NCBI RefSeq assembly: GCF_009914755.1
Contig: NC_060935.1
Source: the human T2T-CHM13v2.0 reference genome, Homo sapiens
Length of the DNA stretch: 64,000 nucleotides
Direction: 5' to 3' (one strand)
Shown: positions 30,726-50,469 of the stretch, piece by piece
How positions within the stretch are numbered: the first letter of the stretch is position 1
Layout: every line of letters begins with the position of its first letter
Notes under the pieces: generated by a model
The model's database searches: none
The model's input: the letters and a program-made list of their open reading frames with translations, nothing else
Told to the model about the DNA's origin: nothing
Made by a program: the position numbers and the translations under genes

Positions 30726-33700
30726 TGAAACTTCTTCCTCCTCCTCAATGGAGCTACTCCTAAATAATCCTTTCATTTTATTTCTTCCTTTACCTCATCT
30801 CTATATGCATTACTTTCTAACCCACAAAAAGTATTATTTTGTATATGTTATATGGTATTCTTTTTTTAGTTACATCCTTTATATGTTTTATAAAATTCAA
30901 CAGACAGGGATAACAGGTTATAACCAACACAGAAACAGAGACTTTCTTTTTTCTGCTTTCAGAGAAAATACATGTTTAAAAAATTCAAACACCATAAACA
31001 CATGTAACTTAAGTGAAAGTTCCCCACAATTCCACAGCTGTGTTAAGTTTTAAACAGTTTTAAGCTGTGTTAAGTTTATAAAGTTAACTTGTTTCTTTTT
31101 ATTTAAGCAATATGTCTTGGACATCTTTTCATGCATGCACACAGGCATAACTACTGATAGTAACTCATTCTTTTTAATACCTACATAAGATTGCATTTTA
31201 TTGCTAAACTATAATGTAATTTATCCCCTACTGGTAAACATTTGGATTATTTACAATTTTCCAATATAATAATTAATACTGTAATAACATCATACATATC
31301 TTAGCATTTTATGTGACTATTTAAATAAACTAATTTCCTTTTAGAATCAGATTACATTAACAGTTAAAATTTGCTATATATATGTAATTTTTAATCATAC
31401 AACGATGTATCACATAATACTAGTGATCCAAAGAGTGAGGGAAGTGGGACTTTCAAATATATAATTTTGGTATCATAGGACCCACTGCCTAGTTTGGTTG
31501 ATTTATGTATTAGTTGTGGTAAGGGATTCCTTAAGTTGTGGATCACTGTGCCATCACTGGGATAAAGACTGTGGGCAAAAGCTATAAAAATATCCTTACT
31601 TAAGCCTCCGGGACATGGGTCTTCTTTATAATTATGTGGTATTTTCTTTCCCACCCAATAGTTTCCTCTTACCTGAGTGACTAGTCAGGTGGCACTCTTC
31701 CTCTAAACTGTCATCTTACAGAAAAGAATTTAAGGTAGCCATTTTATGATGATGGTCTCTGATAAGCCTATCCTGATGTGCTCCAAAAAATGGAAAAATC
31801 CACTTTAAATGAAAATTACAGTGTTAATTTAAATGACTAGTCATATGAAAGAAAATATTTAAAGAATAATGTAATTAAAAACCAAATGTGACATTCATAT
31901 TTGTGTCATCCTTGGTAAGGAACAGTAAGCTGGGACAGGATAAATTGTTTTTTGCAACTTTACTAACTTAGCAATGCCACAAGAGTGGGAATCTATCATC
32001 CTGAATTGAGGGATTTGTAAAAACATTTACTTCCCAAATTTAAGAAGTTAATTTGTTAGTGGATTTGTTCTAATGCAGTAGAGTTCTAATTTGCATGCTT
32101 TTCTATCACTACTTCCAGTATTCATGCTTGCTAACTTTACCAAATCCTATCAAATATGGATAATCTATTTCCCCTTAATAATAATATTTTAAAAATATTG
32201 GTTAAGTCGCCATATTCTGTGAGAATAGATCTCTGGTGAATTGATTGTTACATTTTCAAACATGTAACCAGAGGAATCTATGCCATAAAATACCATCATC
32301 ATCATTTTAGATTTTTCTTACTCTTGTAAAAAATTATCTGAAGTAGTATTTTAGAGATATTGTGCCCTTACTATAAAACAATATTTCACCCTGTATCTTT
32401 TTCAAATGACCTAAAAATATAGTTACTTAGATATGCCAGTGCTTGACCTGAGTCCATTATTGGTCAAAATGATAAAAGGTAGGCAAAAGAATAACAGACA
32501 AATGAAGGGAAAGAGATTATCCGTAATAACGAACTAACCTATACTCTGATACGGGTTACTGAATTCCTGGCTGCTTCTATAAACTTATACTTGTAATAAC
32601 CCCTGAAGCCTGTCTCAGGGAGTTTTGAATGAAAACAAAATAAAAAGGAAGAAGTGATTTAATTTTAAGGCAATCTCAATCTCTAAAGACTATAGTAGCT
32701 ATCAATAAAAGGGAGGTAGGAAGGAGGGTGATTCCTTCCAAGTGGAGGCAGGAGATTTCCAAAGACTCCCCCAAAACTATTAAACATAACTAGTAGTTTA
32801 CAGTAATTGTGTCTATAGTTACTTAACCCGTCACTCTTCCTCATTTGTTAAAATGAGGATAATAATAGTACCTATCTCACAAGGCTGCTATGAGGATTAA
32901 CAATATATGTAAAATATTTAGAATGGTGCCTAGCACATAATAAGCACCATGTTAAGTGTAAGCTTTTATTTTTAGAGAAGGAGTTGGGATTACTGCAACA
33001 CTATTTATTGCTCTAAGATGATGCAAACATTTTTTCATGCAGAAGACTAGTTTCTTAAGGAAAGGTGACCATTTGTAGCCAGTGACCTAAAATGTCTACT
33101 GTAATAGCAGGTATTATTCCAGATGCCCGCTATATGAATTAAAAATCATAAAATCAAAACAAATGTCAAAGGTCTGACATTTCACCTCTTGATTTAAACT
33201 CTCTATACCAGCTTTATATCAACCTGCAGAGGAGTATCAAAGAAGTCACAGGTTGACTTGGAAAACAATTTTCTTTTTATAGTATTTACACCAAGCTGTT
33301 ATGAGGAATTAAGATCTTCACTTTACAATTCCAGTACATTACACTCTCAAGGGAAAGGGCTCACCTTTGGAAATCTTTTCTCTATATTATTATAAACTTT
33401 CTTGGCCAAAAAATCCTTTCTAATCACCCTTTGGCCCTAAGGTACAAAGTGGGCTAATCATATGCTATTTAATTGCCTTAACTTTGTACTACCTGTTCTT
33501 TTACTGTGTAAACCTAATGGCTTTTTCAGCACGTGTACACTTTTCTTCTTTCCCATCATATAAAATACCGTTCCGGACACTCTAACATCCTTTTAAGGCA
33601 ATATTATTCCCATCTTATGAGAAAAAATAGAAACTCAGGAAAAAAAGACTGTCCATAGCACTCTGGAAGTCAATGAGAAGGTATGACTCTTCCTCTTCTG

Positions 33701-33904
33701 TCCAGGTTGAAAACTGAGAACATGGTACAATGCTGCCTCATTTTAATGTCTATAAATCAATTCTAGCTAATTCATTTTAATACTGAAGAATTTGTTGAAA
33801 AAATGGTTAACATTCAGTACAGTATTTTAATAGAAAAAGAGTTCTAGAAACAAGCACATGTTGGTAGCTTCTATGGTATTCTATTTTTAAAGTATTTAAT
33901 TAAC

Positions 33905-35728
<1,824 letters not shown>

Positions 35729-36170
35729 CTAGTGATAGACTAAATTTTGAAACACATATACCCACATCCTAGAATCTGAATTTTCTACTAGTACACTAGT
35801 TTTCCATAAGTTATATGTTATACAAATAAAAATTCCTCTCATCTAGGATTAATTTAAATCTCTCTTAAATGTTTACTTCTCTAAACATTTGAATCCCTCA
35901 TAGGGGCAACCTGTAGTCATCGATCATATAGCTGGAAGGGGCAAGGCTTACAGAATACCTGATTTTATAGGTAAGGCAAAAAGAGACCCAGAGGAGCAGG
36001 ATAGGTGCTGTTTCCAGTGAAGAATGAACTATTCTAAGATGAGGAATAGAAGAATATCTTGCCAAGTTAGTGAATAAGGTTACCCCTAATAAGATAAAGC
36101 ACTTCTAAAAGACAGCACTTGAAAAGAGCAGGAGGCTAAGATGATATTATAAGCGAAAGATGTCACTTAC

Positions 36171-36282
36171 CAACTGCACCTGACCCAAATGTATCATCAT
36201 TGAATTGATCAATCTCTTCATCTTCTTCTCCCAGTCCCTGAAATGCATCTTCATCTTCATCCAGAGGACAATCCTCCAAAGA
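36171..36282 (-). CDS. PATL1: PATL1 exon 2 (SLEDCPL...FNDDTFGSGAV)
   Basis: ttttag|TCT...GTTG|gtaagt, 112 nt, phase 0 to 1. Confidence 0.96.
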
Positions 36283-37589
36283 CTAAAAAAAAAGAAAAGA
36301 CATTAGTTATTCATGAAATTCACACCCTCATTTTAAAAATGTTCTAAAAATGTTCATCTTACCTTCTCAATGAACATAATTGCTTCATTATGACTTTTTG
36401 TAAAGATGGCATTTTTTTTCTACTTCCCAATTTCCCTGACACTGGAAGATTTCATCATCTTTCTTTCACTTTCTATTTCCTAATCCTTATTTCATTTAAT
36501 TCTTGCCCCACCTCACAGCATTCCATTTCTCTATTTTATCAAGAATCCACGAACAGCAGTTCCTCATGCAACCAAGAAATTAAGCCCACAACTTTCCTTA
36601 CATCACTGGTTGGAATACTGATGACAATTAATAATGAACCCTTTATTTTCTTGTATCTTTATGTATCTTTTCCAGCAAAATTCTCATCTTTCTCATTATA
36701 TTCATGTCATCTTTTCAACTATTATTCCGTTTTAAAGCTTTGTCTTCATTTTCCATCTTTCTTATCTTCCCTATAGGCCTAAACTCTAGTGATGAAACAG
36801 AAAATTAGGTCTTCAACCACAATAAAATGAACTCTGGAAAAGCTGTGGTATGACAAGTTCAAGTTCTGGCTCCATTCCTACAATCAGTGTGAACATGGGC
36901 AACTCAGAAAATTTCTAATTAATTCATCAAATACCTTTTAAGGACCTATTGCGTCTAAGGTTCTGTGCTAGGCTGTAAGGCTCAATGTCTTACATTGTAA
37001 TGCAGGGACAATACCAACTATGGCAGAGAGTTGTGATGATCAAAGTGGGCAAAGATTACAGATTATCGAACAAAGGCTAGAGGCCACCACATCCTAGGTG
37101 TGTTCTATTTTCCCCCTTTACTTCAATCTTACTCAACTGATTTATTCTCCAAGTTTTCCTTTTGGTTTGGTCTTAGATCATTCCTATCAAGTATACCTGT
37201 CCTCAATTTTCAAAAATTCAGAATCAGAATTCCATATTCTATCAGTAGGTACGTTTGTGATACACCTTGCCTGGCTACCTCTTAGCTACCCTGTTTACAA
37301 TGGAAAGATTAGGTCAAAGGGCGTTCTTCTTACCCCAGAGCCCTTCCAAACTCATGCCAATAGGCATGCCACTGCCTCCTTATCAGAGGCAACTTCCAGC
37401 AGTACTCCCTTCCAAATCACAAATATCTACTTTACCAAATCGCTGCTTTTTTAAATTAAAAATTCTTAAGGATCATTTACATCAGTTCTTTCATGCTACA
37501 AATTCAGAAAGTTTACGTCCAGAGATTAGGAGTCACTCAAGGTCACACAGTGAGTTGGTGACAGGGTCAGTACTGTCTGCTGCTATTGC

Positions 37590-39330
37590 TACATTCCCGG
37601 CACCTTCTCCAAACCCGCGTCTCCCAGCACTAGCCCAGAAGGAACTTCTGCAGGACACGCCCCCCTCCCAACTCGGAGCCCTCTTTAGTAAACGGGCTGG
37701 GGCCCTAATCCAACGGCAAGCCCAGGCCCCCTTCACCTGAAGGTAGCCTGTGTGAATGGGATGTGTGTCAGTGTAATTCGAGTGGAGGTGGGTGGGGGGT
37801 GGTTCCGGGTCCAGGGCGGGAAACGCGGCTCTGGGAATTCCCGGGTGACACCTACTTAAGAAAAGCACCCGGGGAGATGCAGTGCTCTACCCTCCGTGGC
37901 TCCTCTAGGGGTGGGGGCGGGGGTGTGGTCTGGTTACAGCACTTAACGGGCCCTCCCCACCCCAAAACGGAGGCCAACTTTCCCCAGCGGCAACTAATGG
38001 GACTGTCTCGACCCATGAAGCCAGCTCCCAGCCCTAGGATTAGACCCGCGACCCCAGACCAGTCGCGTCCAGCTAAGTCCTGCGACTCCCCCAGCCCGCC
38101 CCCTGCCCCGCAGGAACACAGGACCGGCGCGCGGAGAGAGAGTGAGGGAGAGGGGCGCGGGAGGGAGGGAGGGGTCACTTCCGGTCGCAACAGCTCACCT
38201 CGTAGCGGAACATTCTTGGGGAGGGGGGCAGGGAGCGGGGAGGGGAGAGGGGGAGGGAGGGAAGAAGCGCTGACTCCCCGGCTCCTCCGCGCGCGGGTCC
38301 TCCACCGGCTCGCGACCCCTGGCCGCCGCCGTACGCCGGAGCGTGCGTGGGGACGTGCGCAGGCGCGCCTCAGGCAGGGCGGCCACCCCGCTCGGCGCCC
38401 GGCGGCGGCGGCTGCGCAGGGACAGATTTGGCGTCCCGCTTCCTAGTCTCAGCGGCGGGAAGGAGGTCCCGTGGCGAGAGACTGCGCACGCGCTGCCCGT
38501 CTTCGGCTGCCTGGTGATCTGGGCTTGTAGCTCCGCCCCCTCTTTCTCCGCGCCCTCTAGGCGCTCGGCTTGGAGCTCAGGGGCCGGTCACGAGTTCTCC
38601 GTCACCCGTGGGGCGGAGAAAACCCTTGTGATTGTCACAGGATATAGCTTTGAAGAATCCTGCGCTTAGCCTGGGCTGGGAAAGATGAGATTCCCGGGCA
38701 GTTTTTCCAACGTCCGACTCACTCCTCAGGCTGCTCGGGGGTCTCCCCGTTGCAATCTGCGCCTTGCGCAGGGAAAAAAGAATGGAAAGTTGCTGGTCTT
38801 CGAAAGGGGCGGACTTCGTCGCCACTTTCAGCGGCTCGTCGCCTGCTGAATCCACAGCAGGTCAGGGCTGTGATTTATGTGGCTCAAAGTGATGACGGCG
38901 CCCGTTTTTTTTTTTTTTTTTTTTGAAATGCTGAAGACAGGTTCCGGGAGGTTTAACTAGGGTGGTATTTTTAAGCGCCAGGCTCATTAGGCGCGAGGAG
39001 CTGCAGAGCCTCGAAGGGCCGCACGGCCGTGGGCCGCTGGCCACGCAGCAGCAGGGTCTTCGGGCCGTGGTGCGCCGCTGGGTGACTCCACTTCCTTAGA
39101 GGATCGAACCCACAGAGGAATGTGTCCAGCTTAGAAGCTTCGGCCCCCTGGTTCCAGAATTCTGTTGGGTGGTTTGTTACCTCTAGCACGCTCCATGCCC
39201 TTCTTGCCCCTTTCCTTTCAGACAAAACTTGCAGCACAAAGAATGAATTCTTTTGGGTTTCGCAATCCGTTTCTTCCCTGGGCGTCTTAAAATGCAGCCT
39301 CGTCTCGGAATGGCATACAGTAAATCCCCT
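37590..39330. promoter_or_regulatory. CpG-island promoter of PATL1 with NRF1, GC-box and ETS motifs
   Basis: CpG-dense; NRF1-like TGCGCAGGCGC 38356-38366 and TGCGCACGCGC 38483-38493; GC boxes at 38531-38539, 38610-38618 and 38806-38814; ETS ACCGGAAGTG (-) 38176-38185. Confidence 0.9.
38199..38213 (-). CDS. PATL1: PATL1 exon 1 coding part (MFRYE)
   Basis: ccaagaATG TTC CGC TAC GAG|gtgagc; A at -3; inside CpG island. Confidence 0.95.
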
Positions 39331-39793
39331 AAATGTTAGTGTGTCTGGATCAGTTTGAGTATCGGAAACGCTGAATTTGTGAAGAAAAGTTCTGGGTGGG
39401 AGCTTGTGCTTTGCCACTGGCTAGGAAACTTTGGGCAACTTACCTAAACCTCTCTGAGCCTTAGTTTCTTGTAAAATGGGTATAATTACACCTGCCTCAT
39501 GATGGTAACACTACTAACGATTGAAGGCTGCCTGGGACTCTGCTAGGCGCTTTATAAAATGGATTATCTCATTGAATCCTTCCTTATGTGCCCCCCATGA
39601 GGTAGGTACTGTTATTTTCTCAGTTTACAGTTGAGGAACCTGAGGATTAGCGACATTGTTTGCCTCCAACCACCCAATGGCAAGTGGTAAAGCTAGCAGC
39701 TGAGATTTGTCTGATTATTAAAAACCGAGTGTCTTAATCACTGTGCCAGAATAACAAAAGCAAATGTTGACATGGGCCAGGCCTGAACTTTAA

Positions 39794-40188
<395 letters not shown>

Positions 40189-40238
40189 TAAGTAGCAGTA
40201 CATCTTAATAATTACCAAAGAATTGGTGCCATGTAGAT

Positions 40239-40457
40239 CAAGGGTTAGCAGACTATGGCCCACAGTCCAATCTGGCCAGCCACCCGTTTTTGTAAAGCAA
40301 GCTTTATTGGAATACAGCCAACCTTATTTATTTACATATTGTCTTTGATTGCTTTAATGTTATAAAGTCAGAGTTGAGTGGTTACAATGGATACAGTGTG
40401 GCCTGTAAAGTGTAACATATTTACTATTTGGCGCTTTACAGAGTTTGCTGATCCCTG
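40239..40457. mobile_element. MER58A (hAT MITE)
   Basis: agggttagcagactatggccc...gtttttgtaaa..tttattggaa...gtttgctgatccctg, with terminal inverted repeats. Confidence 0.75.
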
Positions 40458-40560
40458 ATCTTGCAGATCATGTTTTCTGATCATTATGTAAGATATCAAT
40501 AGTAAAAACAGATTAGGAAAAAAGTCTTAAGTTTTCAGAAATTAAAAAAGAAAAAAAAAA

Positions 40561-40940
<380 letters not shown>

Positions 40941-41339
40941 TTACAACTGATGTGGTGGGTGGATTGCATGAGCTCAGGAGTTGGAGACCAGCCTACGCAA
41001 CATGGCGAAACCGCGACTCTACAAAAAGCACAAAAATTAGCTGGGTTAGTTGTTTTATTAGCTGCTCTGCATTATTTCTGGTCGTGGTGGTGTGCACCTG
41101 TGCCTGTAGTCCCAGCAGCTACTCGGGAGACTGAGGACGAAAATAGGGAAGCCTGAATATAAATTAGCTATAAAATAAACCCAAAGAAAGTACAAGGAAA
41201 GAAATGCTGTAGAGCAGGAATTAAAGGAGCAGAAAACAAAGTGTCATAGACAGGATCAACAAAATTTCCCATTTCCTCTTATACAACACCTGTCTGTGAG
41301 GGAGATTGAAAGTCCCTTTAAAAGAATAATGTATTTTTA

Positions 41340-41886
<547 letters not shown>

Positions 41887-42606
41887 TCAATTAGAGAAAG
41901 CCACCACACCAGCTTTCTTTGGCATTATCTATGCTTTCTGGAGGCTCTGTAAGCCATTATAGTATTTACAGAGTATACATGTTTCTTTTTTACTTTTTTT
42001 TTTTTTTTTTTTTAAACCTGACAAGTTACTTGGGCTAGAGTGCGGTTGCATGATCACAGCTCACTGAGCTTCGACCTCCTGGTCTCATGCGATCCTCTTG
42101 TCTCAGCCTCCCAAAGTGCTGGGCTTACAGGCGTGAGCCACCACACCTGGCCTGTTTCTTTTCTAAATGTAAAAAAACATGACGTACAATTTACTTTCTT
42201 GTGAGACTGGTTTCAGATATTTTCATCAAGTAACTTACATCTCTAAAACACTGATTCCAAACTTTAACATGCATTTAGAATTGCCAAGATGGCTTGTTGA
42301 AACATAGACTACTGGGCCCCATCCCCAGAGTTTCACATTCAGTAGGAGGGAAGTCAGGCCTGAGAATTTGCATTTGTAACAAGTTGCCAGATTATTCCGA
42401 CGCTACTAGTTCTGTGACTACACTTTGAAACCCCACATTGTCCATTAGTACTTGCAGGGTTATAGAGGGAGAAAAGAGTAGGGTGCTGCACCCAGGGTCA
42501 TTTCTCATGTAGTGAAAAAAGTTATGACAAACCTCCCAGAAAGTAATGGGACCCCTTAGTGCAACAAATCTTAGGGGAAAAGAATTACCCATATAATAAA
42601 AATAAC

Positions 42607-43690
42607 TGTTACAAGGCAAAATTTGTGATGGACTAAACATGGCCACAAATTCTTTGACAGTTCTCCCATTTAATAATTAACTGATTAGTTTTTATTATTT
42701 ACTTTTCAGAGATGGGGTCTCACTCTGTTGCCCAGGCTGTAGTGCAATGGTGTGATTATAGTTCACAGCAGCCTCAAACCCCTGGGTTCGAGTGATTTTC
42801 CTGCCTCATCCTTCTGAATAGCTGGGGCTACAGGCACACACCACTATACCCAGCTTATTTATTTTTTATTTTTATAAAGACAGGGTCTCACTATGTTGCC
42901 CAGGCTGGTCTCAAACTCCTGGCCTCAGCCTCCTGCATAGCTGGGATTACAGGCGCAAACCAGCACACCCTGCTACTTCTCCCATTAGGAGGTAAGATCT
43001 ATGTTCCCTTTTCCTTGAATCTGGACTGAGCTATGACTGCTTTGACTAATGGAATATGGAAGTGGAGATGCTCTGCCAGTTCTGGGTCACCTTTAAGAAG
43101 ATTGGCAGTGTAAGTCCATGTAAAATACCCGGCTGCTTTGCTGAAGAGATCACATGGAAGGACCCTGAAATTACATAAAGAGGAAGGTGGGTCCAGCTCT
43201 ATTTAGCTTATTAACCATCCCAGTCAAGACACCAGGTATGTGAATGAAGCTGTCTTGGACTCTTCACACCTGTTCAGCTACCAGCCAAACACTGTGACTC
43301 CATTCCATGCCATAAAGAGCGGAAGAATCACTCAGCAAAGCTGCTCCAAAATTCCTGGCCCATAGAAGTATTTTATATATATATATAAAATATAAAATAC
43401 TTTATTATATATATTATATATATATATATAAAATAAAATGGTTGTAGTTTTAAGCCACAAATTGTATTGTTTGTTTTGTTTGTTTGTTGTTTTTTGAGAG
43501 GGCTGCAGTGCAATGGTGCAATCATAGCCCACTGCTACCTCAAACTCCTGGGCTTAAACCATTCCCCCACCTCAGCCTCCCCAGTAGCCAAGCCTTCAGG
43601 CACGTGCCACCACATGTGGCTATATATATATATGTACATTTCAACCACAAAGTTTTAGAGTAGTTTATTGCTCACTAATAGATAGTGGGA
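42607..43690. mobile_element. MLT1-type LTR interrupted by Alus and a TA repeat
   Basis: atggccacaaattctttgac...cttgaatctggactgagct.tgactgctttgactaat...ttgtagttttaagccac. Confidence 0.6.
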
Positions 43691-44289
43691 ATGTGTCCGT
43701 TTAGAAAAATTATACAAAACTTGGAAATAAGGAAAAAGGATTGTTGTGTGCCTTGCAATGTTGTAATAAGAACATTATCTAACAAGCCTGCCTAAAGGTC
43801 ATTTAAAGTTCTACAGAGAGGTAACCTTGTTTGACTTAGTGTTTATTATTAATTAATGAGATCCCAGACTCAGTAAAGTTAGATATTAGTTTATAGAAGA
43901 TTAACAAGTTGCAAATTATTTTTGTCCAGTGGAGATAATTTCATTTTGGTGGGAAAGATCATCTCAAAGGAGACAGTTTTATTGCCACACAGGACATTAA
44001 CCAATAATATATTTAACTTTTGAGTCTTAATTCAGCCATTTCCCCCACTATATAGTTCATAGTTTCTTGTGTCCTCCTTTGAATCAGCTTCACCACCTTG
44101 CTGTTTCTTTTCATTAATAAGATAAATAAATATTTTGACACATGCTCATAATGTAATTGAAAGAGAATAATTTTTATTTAGCTTTTTGAAAGTTATACTT
44201 TGGCAAACTATTAAACTTTTTTTTTTGCAGGGGATTCAACTCAATACGTATTTATCGAGAATCTATTATGTAAAATGGTGAGAAGTGAT

Positions 44290-47499
<3,210 letters not shown>

Positions 47500-47500
<1 letters not shown>

Positions 47501-49080
47501 TAGGTTGTTGTTGTTTCTGTAACAAAATTATATTTCTATAGGTCGGAATTTTAAAATGGGTTACAGAACTACATTTCTTCCTTGAGGCCACTAGGGGAGA
47601 ATTTGTTTTTTGTTGTTTGTTTTTAGCTTCCAGAGGTTACTTGCATTTCTTGGCTTGTAGCCCTATCCTCCATTTTCAAAGTCAGCAGCATAAATCTTCC
47701 AAACTCTTTCTCTCTCTGCTTTTGTTATCATACTTTTCTCTTCAATTCTCCTGCTCCTTTGTTATAAAGATCCTGTGATAACATTGTGTGCACCCAGATA
47801 ATACAGGATAATCTCCCCATCTCAGGATTCTTAATTTAATCATATCTACCAAATCCCTTTTACCATGTAAAATAATATATTCACAGGTTCTTGGAATTAG
47901 GACATGGAAATATTTGGGGAGCCATTTTTTAGCCTATGGTATGTATGTGGTATGTATGAGTCATTGGGGTATAAAAAATGATTTCTGGTAGTATAATGAG
48001 AAAAAATTTTAAGGTTTAAGTTTGTGTTTTATGTGCTGCTTAGAGATGAATAATGAAGATGTCACTAGGTGAACTATGTCAATGGTTTCTGTGTTCATTT
48101 CAGTAACTCCCAAGACAACTGGGGCTATGTTCACTAACATGCTGTTAGTTATATATTGCTGCATACAAAACTACCCTAAAATTTAGCAGTGATATGGTTT
48201 GGTTGTATCCCCACCCAAAATCTCATCTTGAATTTTAATCCCCATAATCCCCATATGTCAAGGGAGAGAACAGCTGGAGGTAATTGAATAATGGGGGTGG
48301 TTTCCCTCATGCTGTTCTCATCATAATAAGTGAGTTCTCACAAGATCTGATGGTTTTATGTGTTTGGTAGTTCCTCCTGCATTCATTCTGCGTCCCACCA
48401 CCTTGTGAAGGAGGTGCGTTGCTTCCCCTTCACCTTCCGCCATGATTGTAAGTTTCCTGAGGCCTCCCCAGCCATGCAGAACTGTGAGTCAATTGAACCT
48501 CTTTCCTTTGTAAATTACCCAGTCCCGGGCAGTTCTTTATAGGAGTGTGAAAATGGACTAATACAAGCACTTAAAACAAAAATAAGTTATTATCTCACAA
48601 AGATTTTGGGGGTCAGGAACTGGGAGCAGCTTAGCTAGGTGGTTCTGGCTCAGAGTGTTTCAGGAGATTGCAGTCTGAATGTTGGCTGGGGCTCCAGACA
48701 CCTGAAGTCTTGACTAGCAGTGGAGAATCTGTCCTCAAGATGGTTCACTTACATGGCTGTTAGCAAGAGGTGTCAGTTCCTCTCTGGCTGTTCATAGGAG
48801 ATCTCAGTTCCTTACTACATTAGCATCTCCATAGGGCTTCTTGATTGTCCTCAGGACATGGTAGCTTCTTTTACAGTGAGTAATCTGAGGTAGAAGCTAA
48901 AGCCACAATATCTTTTATGACCCACCCTCAGAAGTCACACACTGTCACTTCTGCCACATTCTATGTACTAGAAATAAGTTACTAGGTACAACCCATATTC
49001 AAAGGGAGAGGAATTAGGCTCCACTGTGTAAAGGGAGGAGTTTCAAAGAATTTGTGGACATATTTTATAGAACCACCACA
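47500..49080. mobile_element. MLT1 LTR remnants
   Basis: cccagataatacaggataatctccccatctcag; ttatatattgctgcatacaaaactaccctaaaatttag. Confidence 0.6.
48190..48565 (+). mobile_element. MSTA-type MaLR solo LTR nested in MLT1
   Basis: tgatatggtttggttgtatccccaccc...atggactaataca; TSD agcag/agcac. Confidence 0.85.
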
Positions 49081-50469
49081 GCCTACTTGAAGAAGAACAA
49101 CAGACCTTTTAATCATGGCAAATTTTCTGGACAGATAAATAGATTCTAGGGTTGGAATGATGTCAGCAAGATGGTGGTATAGGAGGTCACCTGCTTTTAT
49201 CCCCCAACAATAAGAATTCTTCACCCATCCAGACAAAAAAGTCTCTTTGTGGAAGCCTCACGATTCAGGTAGAAAGTTGTGGAAGCCCAATGGAGCCTAA
49301 GACCTAGGAGGGTGATTTTGAGAGTGCAGACCCATACCCTGTTGGCAGACCCATCAACTGTGCTCCCAGATTCAAGCCTGGGGAAATGGCCTCATTCCCC
49401 AAGGGGCTTGGCAACAGCCCCTACTGGCCTTGAGGCTACCACCAAAACCATCTGCCAGGGGGTTCAGGAAGAATCATGCACACCAGTGCCTCAGCAGGGA
49501 AGGCTCATCTGCCTGCTGACGTTGGTCTTCGCAGCTTGGACCTGAAAGTTGCCTTGTGGCTCGTCTCCACCCCTCCTCAGCTGTGGTCCCAGCTTAGTAC
49601 TACTTGCTGGGAAATTGCTTCCCAAAGGGAAAGTTGCCCATATCTCACAGGAGTTACCCATTCATCTGAGCCTCTGCAATGGGCTTTCCAGTCTCTGTCC
49701 AACAGCAGATTCTGAGACCCAGTCTCAAGTCTGGCCCCACACCCACCTAAGCCAATGGGATGGGTTTGCTGACCTCTGTTCCATGGGGGCCCTTGAGGGG
49801 GCCCAGTCTCAGCTCCAGCCCCTCTTTCCACATGTGGGGATTGTCCTGCCTGTGCAGGGAACTGCTGGGAGGGGTGTCTGTCCAGGCCACTGGGACAGTC
49901 TTCTGGGCTTGGGTCCCTGGCTAGCTTATCTATACAGCCTAGGTACCTTCCTTCAATCTTCCTCAGGTCCATCCTGGCTTGGGTGCTGTGTCAGCCTCAA
50001 AGCCCTTGCAAAACTTGTGATGAACCTGGGCTTAGGGCCCCCTCTAGTGCTGAAGTGGCTGCAACAGCCACAGGCTTAGGAATCACAAGTCAGGCTGCTT
50101 AGAACTTCTAGACAGGCCTATTGAAGTAAAACAGGCACAAACAAAGCCAGAATGCAAAGACTAGAATAAATACCTAATACACAGACATTGACGCACATCT
50201 GCAAGCATCCAGAATAAGCAGGGAAATTTGACCTCACCAAACAAAATAAGATGCCAGTGACTGACCCTAAAGGGAACTTCAAGAAAACACAGAGAAACAA
50301 TTCAAAAATTTACCAGAGAAATTTAACAGAGATATTGCAATTAAAAAAAACCCAGAAATCTAGGAGCTAAAAAATACAATGAGTATTAAAAAATATTAGT
50401 AGAGAGCATCAATAGCAGAATTAAGCAGAGGAAAGAATCTGTGAACTTGAAGATAGGTTATTTGAAAAT

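Noticed and set aside
37763-38446. 227-aa + strand ORF
   Set aside because: GC-rich CpG island antisense to exon 1, non-ATG start, low complexity, no recognisable domain
38889-38934. GTGATGA...CTGA resembling C/D boxes
   Set aside because: Only 46 nt, interior is a T20 run, no terminal stem
49549-50079. 176-aa ORF
   Set aside because: Lies in the 5'UTR of an old L1; no homology recognised
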